A stretch of DNA of 64,000 bases from assembly GCA_027343965.1 (NCBI GenBank), contig DAHWJX010000085.1, positions 997 through 64,996 of the forward strand, written 5' to 3'. The position numbers and the translations under genes were made by a program. The stretch is from Bacillales bacterium (lineage in GTDB: Bacteria > Bacillota > Bacilli > Alicyclobacillales > SLC66). This document shows positions 57,982 through 64,000 of this stretch, one piece after another (position 1 is the stretch's first letter; the number at the start of each line of letters is the position of its first letter). Below the pieces are notes generated by a model. That model searched no databases and had not been told where the DNA came from. It saw only the letters and a program-made list of their open reading frames with translations.

Positions 57982-60401
57982 TGATCGCAAAAGTAGCCGT
58001 GATCTTACGCGCACGCGGACTCGATAAGTTGTTTGATTATCTGGTACCTCATGATGTGTGCGTGGTAGCCGGACATCGCGTAGAAGTGCCGTTTGGGAAA
58101 AGAAAGGTAGAAGGCTACGTCATGGGTATTGTGCCTGAGGAGGATCATGATGATCCAGGACGTGAGCTAAAACCCATCAGCCGGTTGATGGATGATCCCA
58201 ACCATCCTATTTTAGGAACGGATCTTGTGCAGATCGTGCATTTTTTGCGGGATCGTTATGTTTGTACTTGGGGCGCAGCTTTGCAAACGGTATTGCCTCC
58301 TGCGACGCGTACGAAAGAAACACGCTATTTGGCGCTTGCAGAAAATGCAGAAACTCTAGCGCAAGGCACTGATCAACGTTACGATGACCTGTTTTCTTAT
58401 ATTAAAACGCATGGAACGGTAGTTGAGGAATCTGTGCAAAAGCGCTTTGGCGTGTCCCGTCTGCAGATTAATAAATTCATTGTGCAGGGGTGGCTGATAG
58501 AGGATAGAAGGATCACGTTACGCGTGGCTCCTAAGCGCATCAAAATTGTTCAGTGGTGTGGTGGAGAAAACGCACAAAAACCATCTTTGGGGCGTGTTCA
58601 GCAGCGCATAGCAGACTATCTGCGGCGAGAACAACGGCCGATTTCTTGGGATGAGTTGCGTCGTGAGACAGGCAGTACGACAGCTATGTTGCGCCTTCTT
58701 GAAGAACGGCATCTGCTTAAAGTTTGGGAGGAAGATTTCGAAGATGTGTTGTTGCCTAATTCTCTAGAAGCATCCTTTGCACTGACCAAAGAACAGGCAC
58801 ACGTCATGCAACAGGTAAGTGACGGGCTTGATGAACGAACGGGGTCTGTCTTTTTATTGCATGGGGTCACAGGAAGCGGCAAAACAGAAATTTATTTGCA
58901 AGCCATCGATAAGGTGCTTGCCGAAGGCAAAAGTGCCATCATGCTCGTTCCAGAAATCGCTTTGACCACACAAATGACAGCTCGCTTTAAAAAACGCTTT
59001 GGTGATCGTCTGGCCGTATTGCATAGTCGCCTGTCGGATCGCGAAAAAAATCAACAATGGCAAAATATCCATCAAGGAAAAACTCCTGTCGTGATTGGCG
59101 CACGCAGTGCCGTGTTTGCGCCAGTAAAGGATCTTGCATTGATTATTATCGACGAAGAACATGAGAGTTCTTACAAACAAGATAAAGAACCGCGATATCT
59201 CGTGCGAGAAGTCGCGGCACATCGGTGCAAACAAGCTCTGGCTGTGCTGTTATTGGGCAGTGCAACTCCATCGCTAGAAGCGATGTACCGTGCTGAAAAA
59301 GGAGCTTACCGCTTACTATCTTTACCTCATCGTGTGCAAGGAAGAGCATTACCAACTGTAAATATTGTGGATATGCGAGAACAAATGCGTCATGGTCAAA
59401 GTGCACTTTTTAGCCCGCTACTTAAAGAAACATTGCAGGATGTGCTAAAGCGCAAGGAGCAAGCTATTTTATTTCTTAATCGAAGAGGCTATTCTACGTT
59501 TGTTTTATGCAGAGATTGTGGCCAAGTCGCCACGTGCCCTTCGTGTGATATATCGCTGACTTTACACAAAGAGGGACAAAATGTATTACGATGCCATATT
59601 TGTGGTTATAAGGAGATCATGCAACCGACGTGCCGACATTGTTCAAGCGCACGCGTCAGACCATTTGGCACAGGAACGCAGCGGGTGGAACAAGAACTTT
59701 TAGCACAGTTTGAGGGCCTGCGCGTGATTCGCATGGATGTCGATACCACGTCGACAAAAGGTTCTCACGAACGCTTACTCCAAGCATTTGAACGCGGTGA
59801 AGCTGATGTTTTATTAGGTACCCAGATGATTGCTAAAGGATTAGACTTTAAACGAGTATCTCTTGTTGGCGTTATTGCCGCTGATACGGCACTTCATTTA
59901 CCTGATTATAGGGCTTCTGAACGGACTTTTGATCTTCTGGTGCAAGTGGCAGGACGGGCAGGACGTCATGATCTTCAGGGACAAATGATCGTACAGACGT
60001 TTAATCCCGATCACTATGCTATTTCGTTAGCCACAACACAAAATTACACACTTTTTTACGAAACGGAGATGCGTGTTCGCAAGAATATGGAATATCCTCC
60101 TTATACGGAGGTTTCTGTTTTGGGGATCACGCATCGAGATGAAATGATGGCACGGGATTTTGCGACTGAATTGCATGATACCTTATTGCAAAAGTTGCAA
60201 GGTATAACAGGCGTGCGGTTGTTTCCGGCAGCACCGGCCGCTGTGGCGCGTATGCGCGGGCTCTATCGTTTTCAAGTGATCTTGAAATATCACGCATTTG
60301 TTCGTGTGCAAAAGGTTCTGGAAAGTTGTTATAAGGAAAGCTTAGATAACGCTCCTGAGGGAGTGCATGTGGTTCTCGATGTCAATGCGCAAAGTATTTG
60401 A
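57978..60401 (+). CDS. priA: Primosomal replication-restart helicase PriA
   Basis: LLHGVTGSGKTE Walker A, DEEH, and a CxxC zinc-finger cluster (CRDCG..CPSC...CHICG...CRHC). Confidence 0.95.
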   Translation: MMIAKVAVILRARGLDKLFDYLVPHDVCVVAGHRVEVPFGKRKVEGYVMGIVPEEDHDDPGRELKPISRLMDDPNHPILGTDLVQIVHFLRDRYVCTWGAALQTVLPPATRTKETRYLALAENAETLAQGTDQRYDDLFSYIKTHGTVVEESVQKRFGVSRLQINKFIVQGWLIEDRRITLRVAPKRIKIVQWCGGENAQKPSLGRVQQRIADYLRREQRPISWDELRRETGSTTAMLRLLEERHLLKVWEEDFEDVLLPNSLEASFALTKEQAHVMQQVSDGLDERTGSVFLLHGVTGSGKTEIYLQAIDKVLAEGKSAIMLVPEIALTTQMTARFKKRFGDRLAVLHSRLSDREKNQQWQNIHQGKTPVVIGARSAVFAPVKDLALIIIDEEHESSYKQDKEPRYLVREVAAHRCKQALAVLLLGSATPSLEAMYRAEKGAYRLLSLPHRVQGRALPTVNIVDMREQMRHGQSALFSPLLKETLQDVLKRKEQAILFLNRRGYSTFVLCRDCGQVATCPSCDISLTLHKEGQNVLRCHICGYKEIMQPTCRHCSSARVRPFGTGTQRVEQELLAQFEGLRVIRMDVDTTSTKGSHERLLQAFERGEADVLLGTQMIAKGLDFKRVSLVGVIAADTALHLPDYRASERTFDLLVQVAGRAGRHDLQGQMIVQTFNPDHYAISLATTQNYTLFYETEMRVRKNMEYPPYTEVSVLGITHRDEMMARDFATELHDTLLQKLQGITGVRLFPAAPAAVARMRGLYRFQVILKYHAFVRVQKVLESCYKESLDNAPEGVHVVLDVNAQSI

Positions 60402-60430
60402 TGCGATGATAGAACAAAGGTGGTAGAAAA

Positions 60431-61393
60431 ATGGATCAACCACGAATTGTCTTTATGGGAACTCCGATATTTGCAGTTTCTATGTTAAAGACGCTTTTGA
60501 CCATGCCTTATACGGTAGTTGGGGTGGTAACCCAACCAGATCGCTATGTGGGAAGAAGACGGGTGCTGACGCCACCGCCTGTAAAAACATTAGCGCAAGA
60601 AGCTGGGCTTAATGTATTGCAACCTGAGAAGATTCGCGATAAGCAGGCGTTAGAAGCGATTGCAGACTTACAGCCCAACATGATTGTAACAGCTGCGTAT
60701 GGGCAAATCTTACCCGTAAGTTTACTGAGCATGATGACGCTTGGGGCTTACAATGTTCATGCATCGCTTTTACCAAAATATCGGGGTGGCGCACCGATCC
60801 AATATGCCATTTTACAAGGGGAAACGAAAACGGGTGTTACCATCATGACGATGGAAAAAGCCATGGATGCCGGAGCCATGTGGGCGCAAACTGTGGTGCC
60901 TATTGATCCTGTGATGACGTATGGGCAGTTGCATGATGAGTTGGCGAAAAAGGGCTCGCAACTTCTCAAGGAAACTTTGCCACAAATTATAGCCGGTGCG
61001 TTGCAACCGGTTGAACAGGATTTAGAAAAGGTATCTTTTGCGCCAACGTTGACAAGAGATGATGAACAACTGAATTTCTCACAATCGCATCAACGCGTTT
61101 TCGATCGCATTCGAGCATTATGTCCTCAACCAGGGGCGTTTACGCATCTTGGTGATAAACTTCTGAAGATCTGGTATGCTACAGCTAATGCATCGTGGGA
61201 AGGTTCTGGAGACCCTGGGCAGATCGTTGCTGTCACGCCTGATGGGCCGCTTATTGCGTGTGGCACAGGGGCAATTATCGCAACGAAAGTGCAGTTAGAA
61301 GGCAAGTCCATGCAATCAGGTGCGGAGTTTGTGCGTGGCAACCGAAACTTGGTTGGAATGATGCTGAAAAACGTTCGGGAGAGTGCAAAATGA
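60431..61393 (+). CDS. fmt: Methionyl-tRNA formyltransferase
   Basis: IVFMGTPIFAV, NVHASLLPKYRGGAPIQ. Confidence 0.95.
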   Translation: MDQPRIVFMGTPIFAVSMLKTLLTMPYTVVGVVTQPDRYVGRRRVLTPPPVKTLAQEAGLNVLQPEKIRDKQALEAIADLQPNMIVTAAYGQILPVSLLSMMTLGAYNVHASLLPKYRGGAPIQYAILQGETKTGVTIMTMEKAMDAGAMWAQTVVPIDPVMTYGQLHDELAKKGSQLLKETLPQIIAGALQPVEQDLEKVSFAPTLTRDDEQLNFSQSHQRVFDRIRALCPQPGAFTHLGDKLLKIWYATANASWEGSGDPGQIVAVTPDGPLIACGTGAIIATKVQLEGKSMQSGAEFVRGNRNLVGMMLKNVRESAK

Positions 61394-62736
61394 CGGTAGC
61401 ACCTGCACGGCGTTGCGCTTTTTCTGTGTTACGTGATGTTGAAATAAAAAAATCCTATTCTCATCTTACGTTACATGCTGCATTGAGCGATCAAACACTA
61501 TCAAAAGATGATGCGGCGCTTTGTACAGAACTTGTTCATGGTGTGCTCTTATGGCGCAGATTGCTCGACGAGTGGATTAAGACATTAACGAAAAGTTCTA
61601 AGTCTAAGGTGACTATAGAAGTAAAGACGATCTTGCGAATGGGTCTCTACCAGTTGCAATTTTTACAAAAAGTTCCTGATTACGCTGTTTTATCTGATGC
61701 TGTTGATCTGTCTAAAATGCATCAACCAAAAGCGGCGGGTTTTGTGAATGCCGTACTTCGTGGTGCTCAGCGCCAAAAAAACTATGAAGAGCCAGTGCTC
61801 GCCTTGGTTGATTTGCGAGAATTATCGCTTCTAGACGCTGCTAAACGTCTATCGTTTGCAGAATGGATGGCGCAGCATCTCGCTAAAACGCTTGGTGAAG
61901 AAACAGCTATTGACGTTATGTGGGGTTTGAATCAAAAAGCACAGCGGGCGATACGAGTAAATCGATTGCGTTTGTCTCGCGATCAGTTGCTTACTTTATT
62001 TCAAGAAAAAGGTGTTGAAGTACATCCCTCTCCGATCAATGATGAGGGCATTTATGCGCCGCTTCGTCACGCTGCGCAACAAGTGATTGGGTACGATCGT
62101 GGATTGTATACGTTGCAAGGTGAAAGTTCTATGCTTGTGGCGAAACTCTTGCGAGCGAAGCCTGACATGGATATTCTGGATGCATGTGCCGCGCCGGGAG
62201 GCAAAACAACGCATATTGCTGAATTGACAGAAGATGCTGCTCGTATCACTGCGATCGATTTGCATGAACACCGTACAGCGATGATAAAGCAACAGGCGCA
62301 ACGGTTAGGGTTGCATTCGATTCACTGTGAAACCATGGATGCGCGTCATGTCAGTGGGCAATTTGATCGTATCTTGCTGGACGCACCTTGTTCAGGACTT
62401 GGGACGATTGCGAGAAAACCTGACTTGAAATGGACGATGACAGCTGATAAAGTTAAAACTTTAGTGTTAGTACAAGAACAATTGCTTGATGCTTGCGCAA
62501 TCCATGTGCGAAGTGGCGGTATCTTACTTTACACGACGTGCACAATGTCAGCTTATGAAAATGAACGTCAAATTGGGCGTTTTTTAGAAAAGCATCCGGA
62601 ATTTACAATGCTTGATTTCGATGAGTTCGAACGTGCTCATATGCACTATGCTGAAAAAGCAAAAGGCATAGGCTGGATTTTGCCGCAAGATTTCTTTGGT
62701 GACGGATTTTTTGTGGCGCGTATGCAAAGGAGATGA
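61390..62736 (+). CDS. rsmB: 16S rRNA (cytosine967-C5)-methyltransferase RsmB (Sun)
   Basis: ATGA overlap with the fmt stop. NusB-like N-terminal domain. DACAAPGGKT, DAPCSGLG and YTTCT motifs. Confidence 0.93.
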   Translation: MTVAPARRCAFSVLRDVEIKKSYSHLTLHAALSDQTLSKDDAALCTELVHGVLLWRRLLDEWIKTLTKSSKSKVTIEVKTILRMGLYQLQFLQKVPDYAVLSDAVDLSKMHQPKAAGFVNAVLRGAQRQKNYEEPVLALVDLRELSLLDAAKRLSFAEWMAQHLAKTLGEETAIDVMWGLNQKAQRAIRVNRLRLSRDQLLTLFQEKGVEVHPSPINDEGIYAPLRHAAQQVIGYDRGLYTLQGESSMLVAKLLRAKPDMDILDACAAPGGKTTHIAELTEDAARITAIDLHEHRTAMIKQQAQRLGLHSIHCETMDARHVSGQFDRILLDAPCSGLGTIARKPDLKWTMTADKVKTLVLVQEQLLDACAIHVRSGGILLYTTCTMSAYENERQIGRFLEKHPEFTMLDFDEFERAHMHYAEKAKGIGWILPQDFFGDGFFVARMQRR

Positions 62737-62743
62737 ATGCGCG

Positions 62744-63787
62744 TTGAAACCATCGCTTTACGGCTATACCTTACCACAACTTGAAGAGTATGTAAGACAT
62801 GTAGGCCAACCAAGCTATCGAGCCAAGCAGATAATTCATTGGTTATATCAACAACGCGTGCAGGATGTTGAGGAAATGACCGATTTGCCTAAAAGCTTGC
62901 GAAGCACATTGTCGCAGACGATGATGTTATGTTCCATGCAAGAAGTCGTTTCTCAAAAATCGCAAGATGGCACGATAAAGTTTCTGTTGGAACTGCATGA
63001 TGGAGCAACCATTGAAACGGTGATTATGCGTCACGACTATGGTAATAGCGTCTGCGTTTCGACGCAAGTCGGGTGCAAAATGGGTTGTAAATTTTGTGCA
63101 TCGACACTTGGCGGCTTGGTTCGCAATCTAACCGCTGGAGAAATTGTCGAACAAGTTGTCTTGTGTCAACGTTTGCTGGATCGCACTCATGAACGTGTAT
63201 CTAGCGTTGTGCTCATGGGTTCTGGCGAACCGCTCGAAAATTATGATGCATCCGTCGGTTTTATTGATATCGTCACAGACCCGGAAGGGTTAAAAATCGG
63301 CCAAAGGCATATTACCATTTCAACGGTTGGCCTTGTTCCTGCTATATACCGACTGGCCGACGAAATGCGGGGCATTACACTCGCTGTTTCGCTTCATGCA
63401 GCTGACGATGAGACGAGATCAAAAATGATGCCTGTTAACAAAGCGTATGATATTCTAACCTTGTTGGACTCTTGTCGATATTACTATGAAAAAACGGGGC
63501 GGCGCATTACGTTTGAATATGCGCTAATCAATGGTCACAATGACACAGTACAAGATGCTCAAAAGTTGGCAAAACTCTTGCAGACGTTACCGTGCCATGT
63601 GAATTTGATTCCGGTTAACTACGTTCCGGAACGTAATCTCACACGCACACCGCAAGATCAAATACGAGCTTTTGCCAATGAATTAGAACGTCTGTCGGTC
63701 AATGCGACGGTTCGGCGCGAAATGGGTAGCGATATTGCTGCTGCTTGTGGACAATTGCGTGCGCAGCAGGCGAGGGAGAGAATTTAG
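62744..63787 (+). CDS. rlmN: Radical SAM 23S rRNA/tRNA (adenine2503-C2)-methyltransferase RlmN
   Basis: TTG after AAAGGAG. YRAKQIIHWLY, the CKMGCKFC radical-SAM cluster, and a C-terminal AACGQL. Confidence 0.95.
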   Translation: MKPSLYGYTLPQLEEYVRHVGQPSYRAKQIIHWLYQQRVQDVEEMTDLPKSLRSTLSQTMMLCSMQEVVSQKSQDGTIKFLLELHDGATIETVIMRHDYGNSVCVSTQVGCKMGCKFCASTLGGLVRNLTAGEIVEQVVLCQRLLDRTHERVSSVVLMGSGEPLENYDASVGFIDIVTDPEGLKIGQRHITISTVGLVPAIYRLADEMRGITLAVSLHAADDETRSKMMPVNKAYDILTLLDSCRYYYEKTGRRITFEYALINGHNDTVQDAQKLAKLLQTLPCHVNLIPVNYVPERNLTRTPQDQIRAFANELERLSVNATVRREMGSDIAAACGQLRAQQARERI

Positions 63788-63799
63788 GGAGTGAGTGGC

Positions 63800-64000
63800 A
63801 TGCGGTTTGCTGCAAGATCGGATGTCGGGTTGGTTCGCAAAGTGAACCAGGACGGTTATATGACGGTGCAAAAAGAGGCGGACATTGTGATTGCCTCCGT
63901 GGCTGACGGAATGGGCGGACATGTGGCCGGAGAAGTAGCAAGTGCGATAGCATTGCAGTCGCTTGAACAAACTGTTCTTCAGGGAAAACTTGATGATCAA
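63800..64000 (+). CDS. prpC: PP2C-family Ser/Thr phosphatase (PrpC/Stp), N-terminal part; continues beyond the window
   Basis: ATG 8 nt after TAGGGAG. My translation is MRFAARSDVGLVRKVNQDGYM...VADGMGGHVAGEVAS (PP2C motifs I-II). Confidence 0.88.
   Translation, partial: MRFAARSDVGLVRKVNQDGYMTVQKEADIVIASVADGMGGHVAGEVASAIALQSLEQTVLQGKLDDQ

Noticed and set aside
1-64000. Search by eye for CRISPR repeats, IS/transposase or integrase genes, tRNA/rRNA, toxin-antitoxin pairs and known defence-system signatures.
   Set aside because: No regularly spaced repeats, no recombinase-like ORFs and no RNA gene-like structures were seen. All ORFs over 100 aa with an RBS are accounted for by housekeeping or the few accessory genes listed. 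An eye scan cannot exclude small ncRNAs, which would need covariance-model searches.

Overview
No rRNA, tRNA, CRISPR array, transposase/integrase or obvious prophage or defence genes were seen, and I did not find a convincing novel multi-gene system; most of the window is ordinary conserved core chromosome. It comes from an endospore-forming Bacillota (Bacilli-like) genome with GGAGG-type ribosome-binding sites and many GTG/TTG starts. Gene order closely follows the Bacillus subtilis yllA-to-prpC region. In order: bshC; the dcw cell-wall/division cluster (mraZ, rsmH, ftsL, one class B PBP, murE, murF, mraY, murD, ftsW/spoVE, murG, murB, murA, divIB, two DUF881 genes, sbp, ftsA, ftsZ); spoIIGA-sigE-sigG; the ylm/sepF/divIVA group; ileS; a DksA/TraR zinc-finger gene; lspA and rluD; the pyr operon (pyrR, pyrB, pyrC, carA, carB, pyrK, pyrD, pyrF, pyrE); then the ylo region (rqcH, Ca-ATPase, yicC, remA, rpoZ, coaBC, priA, fmt, rsmB, rlmN, start of a PP2C phosphatase). 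Two stretches break this pattern. (1) 0.5-3.6 kb is an islet of five single genes on alternating strands: an orphan CuA-motif cupredoxin lipoprotein, two DUF5132-like membrane-anchored proteins, a domain-stripped and apparently catalytically dead P1B-ATPase-like protein, and a ComFB-like protein. (2) 46.9-52.4 kb holds an MFS transporter, a DUF2254-like membrane protein, and an inverted rqcH that is translationally coupled to an SDR carrying an unexplained C-terminal extension. Regulatory elements readable directly from the sequence include a phased GTGG repeat array upstream of mraZ, a consensus sigma-A promoter with a PyrR-type attenuator before pyrR, a spoIIG-style long-spacer promoter, and a forespore-type promoter before sigG. 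All functional calls rest on my own recognition of motifs and families in the translated ORFs; no database search was run.
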